A DNA stretch of 63,566 nucleotides, filler included, from Corallochytrium limacisporum Hawaii (lineage: Eukaryota > Protista > Pluriformea): the NCBI GenBank assembly GCA_002811645.1. It is 5 parts of 5 records of this genome, joined end to end, with 100 filler letters (N's around TTAATTAATTAA, not from the genome) between each part and the next. Parts side by side here need not be neighbours in the genome. Positions count along the whole stretch, not along the records: positions 36,365 to 46,033 come from PDIP01000094.1; positions 46,134 to 63,566 come from PDIP01000025.1; 3 more parts are not named here. One strand, 5' to 3'. The position numbers and the translations under genes were made by a program. The notes beneath the pieces are model-generated. The model was not told the origin of the DNA. It worked only from the letters and a program-made list of their open reading frames with translations, and made no database searches. Shown here one piece after another: positions 45,973 to 56,820 of the stretch; within the stretch, counting starts at the first letter, position 1, and each line of letters begins with the position of its first letter.

Positions 45973-46033
45973 TACTATCCTCTGCGTCGAAATATTGCTC
46001 CAAATCACATTTAATCAACCGGAATAAGGAGGG
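45973..46033. repeat. Second identical copy of the 61-bp element, ending at a contig gap
   Basis: TACTATCCTCTGCGTCGAAATATTGCTCCAAATCACATTTAATCAACCGGAATAAGGAGGG, exact match to 36183-36243. Confidence 0.9.
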
Positions 46034-46133
46034 NNNNNNNNNNNNNNNNNNNNNNNNNNNNNNNNNNNNNNNNNNNNTTAATTAATTAANNNNNNNNNNN
46101 NNNNNNNNNNNNNNNNNNNNNNNNNNNNNNNNN
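46034..46133. other. Artificial contig linker
   Basis: Same 100-bp format. Confidence 0.97.
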
Positions 46134-46963
46134 GTGGTGGTGGGGGAGGGGGGGGATGGGCCGCTATATTTTTTTGCCGTTCGGGGTTCGTTTGAAACAA
46201 AGCGTCCCTCACCAGAGATAGTGACTGGGTTTTGTTTTTATTTCACACAGGGGTTTTGGGGGAAGGACAGGGTGTGTGTGTGTGTGTGTGTGACACACCA
46301 CGTAACACGCACACAGTTTTCTTAGACCGGCCAGTACGACCGACTGTGGATAACGAGTCAGCTTCGTCCTCCGCTGCCCTTTTGGAGCAATGGGGACTTA
46401 ATGCTGTCACAGCAACGCCAGCGGTGCATTGATTCCGCCGCTGATCCGTTTGGTGGGTCTTAGTTACCCAAACGGTATTCGTTCTCTTTCCCAATGCATT
46501 CAGGTATGTGGGTAGTTGCACCGGGTCATATCGTTCGGGGTCTGTGTAAAAATTCAGAACAGGGGACGTAGAGAGAGATGCCAAGAACTGATTCTTTTGA
46601 CCAGGATGAAAATAGCACTTCTGAACGCGGAACAGTTGGGGGGGGGGTTTGTTTTAAGCGCACTGATTTTTTGCCAGGCCCTAAAATTTGTTGGACCAGA
46701 AGAAGAAGCCATTATTTTTTCCTTCTTATGACTTGGTGCATAGTTTTGGCATTTGATATGCTTCTGCATAACCGTCATATCAATGGCCCTTGGAAGTACG
46801 ATCATCTCCACATTCCTCTTCTGACGAAGAACCCTATACTTTGCATGCTGTTGATTCACGTAACCGTTTCAATGAAACTTTCACACACCAAACCATGATG
46901 GAGGCAAGTTTGCAATTGTGGTGTAAAGTAATGTTTGAGCGGTCGTTGGACAACATGTGAAAC

Positions 46964-47170
46964 TTGGACTGCATGCCCGGATCTGTTGTGAGTGTAATTG
47001 TACAAGAAGATGGTTCCACCATCAGGACGGTCCACTGCCAGTGTGACTTGTATTACGGGACACATTGCACAATTGGTTGTCAACATGAGGAGGAGGAGTG
47101 TACAGTCAAGGCATGGTGGCTGTCTTCATCCTGCTCAGCTCAGAACAGCAAGAGAAGCAGTATTGTCTAA
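46964..47170 (+). pseudogene. Possible SWIM zinc-finger relic (decayed transposon-associated gene)
   Basis: VSVIVQEDGSTIRTVHCQC...GCQH fits the CxC-xn-CxH pattern; no intact long ORF around it. Confidence 0.25.
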
Positions 47171-50100
47171 TATCTGTTGCACCTTGGACGGCACGGGGTG
47201 TGTTGCGTGTGTGGCCGTGGAAAATCCCCCCTGGTGCTCACTGCGGATAGGGAAAATGTGCCAGCTACACGAGGAGCCCGAGAGTTTTGCGAAGCGTCCA
47301 ACCACCAGCGGAATTCAAGCGATGGCTGAAAGAATGACCCGCACTCACCGCTCGTGCAAACTAAACCCCACACCAAGCTTATACACCCGGGGTATCAACA
47401 TATTCAAAACAAAAAACCCAAAAACGTGAAACAAAGCATCGGAAAGGTTTGCGCATCAAATTAAAACCAAACTTGACAGTTCGAATCCCATCTCTGTGTA
47501 ACGCTCCTTTCGAGTGCACACACACTGTCACTGGCCGCATACTATCTGCATGAAAATTCAGTGGCTAGTAGATGAGACTCTGGAAATCCTAAGACATATC
47601 ATGCTTCCAAAACCCTGACATCGGAGGCCATGAAGACGCAACTGTGAGGCACACGGTTGGGCGAGTTTGTGACTGTGCTGATGGGATTACTATGGTTTCT
47701 GCCGTTGTTTTCTATGCATCCATCGCTCGTTCGCAAATAACTTTGACGGTGACTCGAAAAAGGATGAACACCCTACCCTTACGTGCATCATAGGCGTGTA
47801 TAGCAGTACCGGGAATTCAAGGACACGGTTCTCAAGGCACTGCGCTAACATTTATATTAGGAAGCTCGCCTACCTTTCCGGTATGTGAGTGACACGGTGG
47901 ATCAGTTGTCATGCCCTTTCTGAATATAACTTTCCTAACAGTACCTTGGTGCGATTGGAACAGTACCCATGATATGTCGGAAAGACTTACGAATATGCCA
48001 ACGGTAAAGACAGTGGATTTAGAAATCAAGTGAATTTATAGCAACATCAGTCAAATTTGTGAACTTCCACTTCAGCCACTCTTCTTGGAAGTGGTGGATG
48101 CGTGCACATGTATTCGTCACCATTGCTGCATGCCCAACATGTATGCTCAATGGGGACCTTGCAGCGGGCGGTCCACTAGTTTGAAGCATTTTCGGGTCTC
48201 CCGTGATCCACAATAGTTCGATCATCCGCGAGATTGACTCCTTCCTAGCAGATGGCTTGCCTTCAGCATTTGGGCGTAAGGTTCAGCATCACTTTCAGGA
48301 TCATCGACTGAATGGTCCTGTTGGAGATGAGCCAGAGTACCCTGGAAACGCCCTCACCCAGGGGATCATTGCCACCCGTTGCAGCATGAAGAAAGGCACA
48401 GCAAGTGGCGGCTTCATGAAACGGAAGCACCTTAAACATCCATAACAAATCCTTTAATTAGAGTTTAGATGGCGTAGGTGATGATGCTTTATGGCTAGAA
48501 GTGCGGCGGGGAGGCAAACTTACCCCTGATGCGATGGTGCATCGGATCCTGCACAAGCCTATATCTCCCGCTCAGTGGCTCTCGATCTCTCTCTGTCTCT
48601 CTCCCGGGTAATATCACCTTCGCTCTAGCCAAACTCGCACTTTCTCTTTCGCCCTCTTTGGGCTTTTTTGTACCGGGGTCGCATCCGATCATCGCCCCGT
48701 TCTAGCCTTCCTCCGTTCCTCCCTCTTTTTTTCCCCGTGCGCCGCACGTCCGCGCAAGGAAAGAAACTTTCAAAAACTGCGTAGAACGGCACACCCCCCC
48801 CCCCTTTCCAGGGCCTTTGTGGCCTCTGCGAAGTCAAATTACTTTCCTAGATAGGGCAACACAGCGGTGAGATTCCTATATATAGTATAGCGGACCGATT
48901 CAGCGACTACTGCCCTGCTGCTGTTTTGGGCCAAAGGGGGGGTTTGGGGGGAGATGGGGGACCAGTTGTACATTTGGAGCGGATCGGTTGGCAGTGTGGT
49001 CAAGCGGGACTCCGGGTTTCAAACCGTCCCCGATTTCGGTTCACTGTAAACCGTAGATGCCCTTGTTCTAAAAGGTGCTATTCCTTCCGACATGCTCTTG
49101 AGATTGCATATCTTCCTTAGTCGTCATGGTGGGGTGTCCATGACCTTTCGACGAGGTCAAGTGGGGCCGGAATCGCGATGCTGTAGGTTTATCTTGGATG
49201 CCACCATCCCCCCATAGACTATGTACCAGAGGTTTGATGCTTGTCAAAATCTGGACTTTGTGTGTTTCATGCGCCACACATGCTTATATCAAGCGACAGA
49301 AATAAATACCCTCACATGGGGGAATTGGAATGTCGTCCGCAGCAGGGCATTGACGTCAACCGCTGCGGTCTCGGTGCTTAATCTCTGTTGGTTCTTCTGC
49401 ATAATGTCGTTTCGTTGTCGCCAGACCATCAATAGAACATGTTTCTTTTGAACAGATATTCAAAACTGAGGTGATAAACTATCACCGGTAATCCATGTGA
49501 GTGATGACTAGGCACATGCTGTGGGTCCCCGGGTTCTGGACATCCGATATCGCCTACTGGGACCTCTATTTTTTGATGTTCAACCATGGCTGCCCCACAT
49601 AGCAGAGTGCGCTGGGCTCCTTCCGTGCAACTTGTTTGTCCATTCTATGGTGAAAACATTGAATGGCTTCGCACGACCGACATTTGGGAGGACCCCCGCC
49701 TGATTCACATGGCCGGTATCGGCGTTGTGGAAGAAGATGTTCTTCGTGTACCGTCCAGCCTTGCACGTACACGCATCCTAACGCTCTGAATCTCTGACTC
49801 TCTGACTCTGACTCTGACTGTTCTGGTTTCTTCTGTGGCCCGGTTTGTTTTCTAAGTCACACACTTTGGCTCACCGACACGTTGGAGCGATGGACATTCT
49901 CTGAACCGCTTAATCGAGGCTGGACTATTGTCTAACCAGATGCGCAGGAAGGGCCTCCGGAAACTGTGGATGTGTCCAGCGGAAGGTCTCTAGCACGAAG
50001 ACTCCGCCGGGTGTTCTATTGCTTCCGGTGTTGTCACAGTGTTGTCCAGTACTGAAGTCGTGTACCTCTCCCCACGCTGGGTGCGTGCTGGACAAAATTG

Positions 50101-50669
50101 GGGTTTATCAAGCTTCTCAGCTTCGGCGGAACGGCACACATAGACTACAGATAGTCGGCCACGACCAGACAGCTCGAGCTTGCAATCCTCCGAGACCTTG
50201 GCGGGAGAAAAAGTCCACGGCATACCAACTAAATCAAAGGACAAACCTTCCCCGTTCTCCTTTTCTTCAGACCAAAGTGTTTTTCCCGTTCTATGGAAGA
50301 AGAATAAGCTGTCAGGGAAGGAGAGTAGAGTGATGGGAGTAGGGTTTCGCGAACGGTGCGGTAGTTTCCACTTGCCTTGGTCTCAAAAAAGATCTTGGGG
50401 CGACCGATAATCCAACACCAAATCCTCCGATGGTACGATGACCATAGAGTCCAGACGCGCTCATCTCAATAGTGAATGAATGGGGAAATATGGCCTAGTG
50501 TGAGAGCATTTATGCGCAGAGGGAGAGATTTTTTTTTCCTTTTATCCTTGGTCCTTGCTCAGGAGCGAGGCAGACCGGACCGTACACAGAGTGTGGGTCT
50601 CCGTCCCCTCAATCAGCCGCAGTGGGCCTGCGCACAGGCGCCACTCGTTTTCCTCGATCGGCTCCCGAA

Positions 50670-50708
50670 ACACACACTCACACACACACACACATACACG
50701 CACACGTA

Positions 50709-50745
<37 letters not shown>
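50670..50745. repeat. Imperfect (CA)n microsatellite
   Basis: Direct reading. Confidence 0.9.
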
Positions 50746-50747
<2 letters not shown>

Positions 50748-52488
50748 TTGGGCGTGCGTGTGCGGTGGTGGCACCCAGTTGGTATTAGCGCGCTAAATGA
50801 TCCAATGTCGGTCAACCCGAGCCCAGCCATCCACTGTCCTACAGGGGTCATAGTGAAGAAGGCGCCTAGTTTCTTTGAGTGTGGTCAATAGTTATTAATA
50901 TAGTAAGTTGGGTGTTCAGTCTCTTCACACGACACAAAGGCAGGCTGGCTGATGGTCGGAATGGGGAGAAAGAGTGAGAGAGGGTGCTGTTGGTGACTGA
51001 GCTGCGTGTGTGTGGGTGGGTGGACAGGAGCGCAGCCCCGCTCCGGACCCGTCACCACCTCCCCCGTGATGCCATGGACGACACTGTCTCCACAAACATC
51101 ATTAACATCAATGTAGGGGTCAGTTTTTATTGCAGAAACGGCAAGGGGGTGGGGAGGGGTTCGGATCCAAGAAGAGCTCTTGAAATTCCTCTGACGGGGG
51201 TGCTGGGATTTGGAATCCCCCCTTCCTTCCCCTCCGGCACTGTTGGGGGGGGGGGGTTTGTTTCGTCTGTTGCGTGCGTGTGTTTGGGGAGGGGGGCCCA
51301 AATGAAAGGAAAACACGCGTGCGCTTTGACCCCCACCGTGGACCGAAGGGGCAGGGGAAGACGAGGCAGGCCTGTGTATGGGAGTGGGTTTGCTGTGTTG
51401 TGCAGAAGACTCTTCCCGATCTCCATTGAAACAGATGTCTATGGAGCTGCTTTGTGTTGTAACATCGATGGGTTACGATTCAGGTGTAAGAGTGAGAGAG
51501 AGACATGCAGATGTATTCGAAATCATTGGCGAAGCAGGGAAATTCTACTATGTGTCTCAGGTTATAACAGTTCTCAAATATACACAAGGGAAGGACGTGA
51601 TCTTGACTACGCGCCAAGGAATTTCACTAATGTCCATGTATGTTATCTCATGCTCCCAAGTCGCGTGCTCCAGTCAGTCTATTGGCACCAGTGCAGTCTT
51701 ACCGTATATATAGTACGCCCCCGTCCTACGACGACCATAGCCGATTCAATGCAATGGTTGTATACAATAAGGGGCTATAAGCATGTTACAGCTCACATTA
51801 GAGCCACCGACGGCAATTTGTATTGCAGTCATTGCATGTATTTTGCAACGCCTCGGTGGTGTCGGATTGGGCGGACATTCTCTTTCCTCCACTGATCTCT
51901 CGCCCTGGTGCTCCTTACCACTCTACTATTGACACTGGTCGCATACATTCTTCGCAACGTCTTCCTTTTGCTCCTGATCCTATAAATCTGTTCAATGTTG
52001 CAGCAATAGCAACCATACACAGGTTCCGCCGCACCAACCACGGGTCCAAACTCAAGTATCCTGCACATTGGCTCCGTTGCTGCGCTCTCCACGCTTCCGA
52101 CGATTTGGTTGCCGTCGTTTCGTTTCTCCCTTATTTGCTCGTCCTTGCCACCCCTAATACACAGCCAAAGTCACCAGCAGACCGACCCAAAAGGAGTGGT
52201 TGCGGTGTGGGGCACTTCCATATTGAATGTACTGTGTTTACTTGCCCGTTGGTGAGTGGCTTTTTCGGTTCCGCAGCCCTCTCCTTTCCCCGGGAGGGGT
52301 TGTCGGGAGGTTCGCATGGAGGGCTCCCGAGCGCCCTCCAGAACTCGCGCACCAATGACCAGCAGTCGCTTACCGATTTCTGGTGGACAGCTATACAGTG
52401 CATGTTTCTCATGATCCAGATCCTTGACCGGAAAATTCTCATAGACATACCACAGTTTGATGACCTTTGTAGAGCAAACTCCCTTTCC

Positions 52489-54000
52489 ATGTCAAACATG
52501 GAGGGGTTCCGGCGGAGCCTGGCAGCGGATACATATTTTGACCGGGCTACTGTCTCGGCAGCCGACGATGCAGTGGAGATTGACGGATCCAATGGCGGGG
52601 GTCAGATTCTCAGGCTCTCTGTTGGCCTGGCTGCAGTGACCGGTAAAAAGGTACGGGTGCGCAACATCTGTTGCAACCGTGCCAAAAAGGGCATGAAGGC
52701 CCAGCACATGGCCAGTGTAAAGATCACAAGCATGGCCGATCCGGGGTCAACATTCTCCGGAGTGGAACTAGGATCTACAGAGATGGAGTACACGCCAGGA
52801 CCAGATGGCATGGCACCAATCAATCATTTAAATTTCAATATTGGCACTGCAGGGTCGATCACGCTCGTATTGCAGGCCATCTTCCCGCTCTTACTCTTCG
52901 GACGGGTCGACCTCTCCGCAGGCAAGACGACTCCGCGTCCTGAGCATGTCACCCACGTAGAAATAATCGGTGGTACGCATGTGAACCAAAGCCCTACGTA
53001 CGATTATTTCAGACATGTCTTTGTGGCTTTGCTGGAGCAGGAGTTCTTACCGGCGAGACCTGGTAATCTGATCGATGCGACGAAGCCTTTAACTCACGGC
53101 CTCTTTCCCGAGGGTGGTGGTAAAGTGGAACTGGACATCGCCCGGATCTCCAATCTACAGCAGCTGCGGCCGGTCCACCGCAAGGCAGCCGATGCCTGTC
53201 CTACGGCAGCTCCGTGGAACGTGAAGGTCTATGCGTTCATCGAAGACCCACAATCCGATTCAGTCAGTAGCTCAGCGTGGAACACCGTGGAAGCACTCAA
53301 GGTTTGCATGCAGGGTCACCTCAAAGCGCACATTGGCACCAAGGGTATGATTGTGGACTGGCTTTTTGACCTTTGCCGCCCGGGCAGCTTTGCATCCAAG
53401 AGACAAGGCAGTGCCAGCAACGATAGACAGCGGCGCCGCCCGCATTCCAGCAAGAGCCCCAGTTGTGAGCGCCGCTTTGGCTACACTGCAGTTTTCCGCT
53501 GCGCGGGAGATGGTCATTTCCCGTTCGGGGTCTCGTTTTTGGGTGGAACCAGAGCCGGAGGCAGTTTTGGTAGCCTACCATCCGATCTCTCGGACGAAGC
53601 TGGCGTCCGCGCTTGGTGCGACGACCTTGAGGAATCTGTGGATGACCAACCGACGATTTTTGAGACCCTATCCAACCATCGTACGTCGCCCTACGCGACG
53701 ACGGCCACGGACAAATGGCTACAGGACCAGCTCCTGGTCTACATGTCGTTTGCCACCGAGCCCTCCACATTAGTCCTCGACCATCTGGCCGAGCATACTA
53801 AGGCGGCCGTGCCGGTCATTGAGGGGCTGACTGGCACGCGCTTCGTCGCTGTAGGCGTCACAGAGCACGAAGACCAGGCGCGGAGCAACGCACCGCGCTC
53901 GCGCATCTTTCTGTACTGTACGGGTCAGTCTGATGAGCAGACATTGAGGGACAAACTGCCACCGCACGTACTTCATGCTCTGCAACCTCATGTTATGTGA
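52489..54000 (+). CDS. RTCA: RNA 3'-terminal phosphate cyclase (RtcA type)
   Basis: IDGS.GGGQILR, QH, TAGSITLVLQ, GGT.V..SP..DY, G.FP.GGG, D.WLQDQL and probable catalytic His in EHT; start uncertain (52402/52489/52498). Confidence 0.85.
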   Translation: MSNMEGFRRSLAADTYFDRATVSAADDAVEIDGSNGGGQILRLSVGLAAVTGKKVRVRNICCNRAKKGMKAQHMASVKITSMADPGSTFSGVELGSTEMEYTPGPDGMAPINHLNFNIGTAGSITLVLQAIFPLLLFGRVDLSAGKTTPRPEHVTHVEIIGGTHVNQSPTYDYFRHVFVALLEQEFLPARPGNLIDATKPLTHGLFPEGGGKVELDIARISNLQQLRPVHRKAADACPTAAPWNVKVYAFIEDPQSDSVSSSAWNTVEALKVCMQGHLKAHIGTKGMIVDWLFDLCRPGSFASKRQGSASNDRQRRRPHSSKSPSCERRFGYTAVFRCAGDGHFPFGVSFLGGTRAGGSFGSLPSDLSDEAGVRAWCDDLEESVDDQPTIFETLSNHRTSPYATTATDKWLQDQLLVYMSFATEPSTLVLDHLAEHTKAAVPVIEGLTGTRFVAVGVTEHEDQARSNAPRSRIFLYCTGQSDEQTLRDKLPPHVLHALQPHVM

Positions 54001-54094
54001 TGCTCATACTTTCTTTACGTTCATCATCATCACCTGTCCATCCAATTTGTACCTAGAATTATTTCTGTATTCGTAAAGCATTACATGGATCCGT

Positions 54095-56356
54095 CTAATC
54101 GTCATCCTCGTCGTCATCGTCACTGTCCTCTTCAGCTTCTTCTAACCATTCGATGAACTGTTCCACAAGCTTCCGATTGCGCCTCTCATCCTCCTCAATG
54201 TCTTCATCATTGTACCATTCGAGAATAGTGTCCTCATCGATAATATCGTAATCGTAGAGAATCTTCATTGCGGCTTGGAACGCGACCTTGAATTCAGGCT
54301 TCGCTTCCAAGACTTCCTCGAGAGTAAATATCACATCTAAGCGGTCCTCAGGCCTGCTCAAGAACGACATGATCAGGCTCTTGAACTTTTGAACAACTTC
54401 TGTAATCTGTCCAACCAGATTTGAGGCATCCAAGTGATCTGCCACTTCGCTGAAAATGGCCTTGACCACGTGCAGCTTCATGTCATCCAATGGAATATTG
54501 TAGGCATGCTTCGAGGCATTGACCTCGACGGTGAGATCGTGCATGGCTACATTGTCCTTCATGCCTCGACGAATGGAATCCAGGACCTCAGCGTAGAAGA
54601 TAACAGTGGGATCAACCGCCACTGACGGTCCCTGTTGCTTCTTGGGCGGCAAGGAAATGTCAGAAAGGTCATCTAGGGCAAAGTCAAAGTCTCCATCACC
54701 ATCTTCATCGCTGTCAGTCTCGCTGTCGTCCCAATCGTCAATCTCTGCCGCATCGAAGAGCCGGCCCTGGCCCGAGGGACCCACAAGCGTGACGTCATTG
54801 TCCTTGACATCCTCACCGGGTACAACGGCATCACCAATCCAAGTCTTCGCCTCATTGCGATCATCCAGACTCGTTACAAGGGTTAGGCTCTGGTCTGGTC
54901 CAATGGTGCAATCTTTATCCACGGATACTCCCTGGCCAAGCACGCAACTATTCTTGATGCGGACACCCGAATCCAATTTCACACGGTTGCATACAATGGA
55001 ACCTTTTACGTTCACATTGTCCGAAATGTGCACAGATTCCCATAGGTAGCTGTCCTCGATCACGACGTTCTCGCCGATACTGCAGTTGCGCCCAATAACA
55101 CTCCGCACAATGCGGGTATTCTCGCCGATAACTGTGCCTGAACCAACAACTGATCCCTTGCTCACATCCGTAGAACGAGCCAACTTGACGTTGCGGTCCA
55201 TGTATATGTTGCCGCGGGCGTAGCGGTAGGCATCACCATCGCACATGTTGTTGTCCGGTACAAGGGGATGAGACCAGCGATGAATCACATCCCGACTAAT
55301 AGCTGCGTACATCGCAGGGTTGGCTACCACAGCCGCATAATCGTCTTCAATAATCTCAGCATATACTTTGTAACCCATCATAAAGTTGTCCAGAGAAGCC
55401 TTCAGGAAATCCATGCGATCTTCGTAGTCAAAGTTAGACTTAAATTCTGCAAGCAGCTGTGGAGATGCAATACAGATATGCGAATCCATCAGGTCACTGC
55501 GAAACTCAATGGTGTCGTCCTGCTTGTCCCAGAGACTCAGAGGGATCGAAATATCGCGGCTGGAGTCCTTCGGGTGTACCTGCATCACACGGTACTCATA
55601 ATCCTGCGTGTTTGTTTGATACAGCGAAGTACCGACGACACTTCCTCCCATCATGCTAGGGTTGAATCCATAGGTTGAACCCAGCAGCAGACTGTCGCCA
55701 GCATCATAGTTGGATGCGTTGGCTGAAAATGAGGAATCCCCGTTATCACCGTTAGAGTCACTTTCCTGGGTGGTCTTTGGCCTACGCATAAGACCAATAA
55801 TCGTCTGATCCTCCGAATCTCTACTGTGGTGGTCGACGGGGACTACATTATACACATTTGTCAGAATAGCGTACTCGTCCTTGGCCTTTCGCGCTTTGTG
55901 TCCGGCGAGAGCCTGTTTCAAATTCATGTTGGTGACCACATGTCCTGATACCAACACAAAATCATCAGACACAATGTTCAGATCAAGTAACTCACGCAAC
56001 GCGTCGCCCGTACTCCTGCACTCATGACTAACAATACAATGAACTCTGAAACGGTTCCCCCCGGCTTTGGACCAAGACGACTGCAAATAGGAGCTAATCT
56101 GCTGACTGTGCGCGGTGCAGAATACATATATCTCTTCCACGTCACTTGCCACCAGGAAATGTAGCACATAGTCAATGATAGGCGTGTTGCACAGCGGTAG
56201 CAGCACCCTCGGAGTTTCCGCGGTGATCGGCATGAACCGGTGGTTAAAACTGTCCGCAATGACCACAGCCGTCAGCGGTACTTCCTTCGCATCGTCCTTA
56301 AGTGACGCAGCAATGTTAGCCGCACTGCTTGCCCCTCCCAATTTCTTTCTTGCCAT
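54095..56356 (-). CDS. EIF2B5: Translation initiation factor eIF2B epsilon
   Basis: LTAVVIADSFN.RF.PIT...PR.LLPL, RW..PLVPD, left-handed beta-helix repeats, W2 domain YDYDIIDED.ILEW...WLEEAEED. Confidence 0.96.
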   Translation of the reverse strand: MARKKLGGASSAANIAASLKDDAKEVPLTAVVIADSFNHRFMPITAETPRVLLPLCNTPIIDYVLHFLVASDVEEIYVFCTAHSQQISSYLQSSWSKAGGNRFRVHCIVSHECRSTGDALRELLDLNIVSDDFVLVSGHVVTNMNLKQALAGHKARKAKDEYAILTNVYNVVPVDHHSRDSEDQTIIGLMRRPKTTQESDSNGDNGDSSFSANASNYDAGDSLLLGSTYGFNPSMMGGSVVGTSLYQTNTQDYEYRVMQVHPKDSSRDISIPLSLWDKQDDTIEFRSDLMDSHICIASPQLLAEFKSNFDYEDRMDFLKASLDNFMMGYKVYAEIIEDDYAAVVANPAMYAAISRDVIHRWSHPLVPDNNMCDGDAYRYARGNIYMDRNVKLARSTDVSKGSVVGSGTVIGENTRIVRSVIGRNCSIGENVVIEDSYLWESVHISDNVNVKGSIVCNRVKLDSGVRIKNSCVLGQGVSVDKDCTIGPDQSLTLVTSLDDRNEAKTWIGDAVVPGEDVKDNDVTLVGPSGQGRLFDAAEIDDWDDSETDSDEDGDGDFDFALDDLSDISLPPKKQQGPSVAVDPTVIFYAEVLDSIRRGMKDNVAMHDLTVEVNASKHAYNIPLDDMKLHVVKAIFSEVADHLDASNLVGQITEVVQKFKSLIMSFLSRPEDRLDVIFTLEEVLEAKPEFKVAFQAAMKILYDYDIIDEDTILEWYNDEDIEEDERRNRKLVEQFIEWLEEAEEDSDDDDEDDD

Positions 56357-56820
56357 GTTGGTCTGGTTTGTTGTCTGGATATTTAAAAGATATTTCAGCC
56401 CCACATACTTCTCGATCCGTAAGTGTTTTGTGACTATAGTTGTTTGATCATCACGGTCTGTTTGACTATGAATCCCTCGGCATAAAAATCCTTCTAAAAT
56501 ATCTTGAAGATAACAAAAGATAAAGTGTGTTGCATCATTCCCGATAGTTCACCATGACAAGTATTTGTCAAACGACAATGTGTGCACCAAGAAAAGAAGG
56601 CCGTCGCATTCTTATCGTTGACTATTTGTTACACCGTGGCAACACAGCCCCGGGACGGTACAGAAGAAAACAGCCACACGCGATGGCGGGGGCCAATGGT
56701 AGGCTAGGTAAGTCTGTGGCGATTGGGGGATAATTTAAAAAGGTCCGTATAATTTAATTCATCATTGCTTGCGCCAATTGGGAATATATGTGTATCAGAA
56801 TATCGTACAGATATATGTTC

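Noticed and set aside
47479-47489. GTTCGAATCCC tRNA T-loop/B-box
   Set aside because: No T-stem pairing, A-box or cloverleaf around it.
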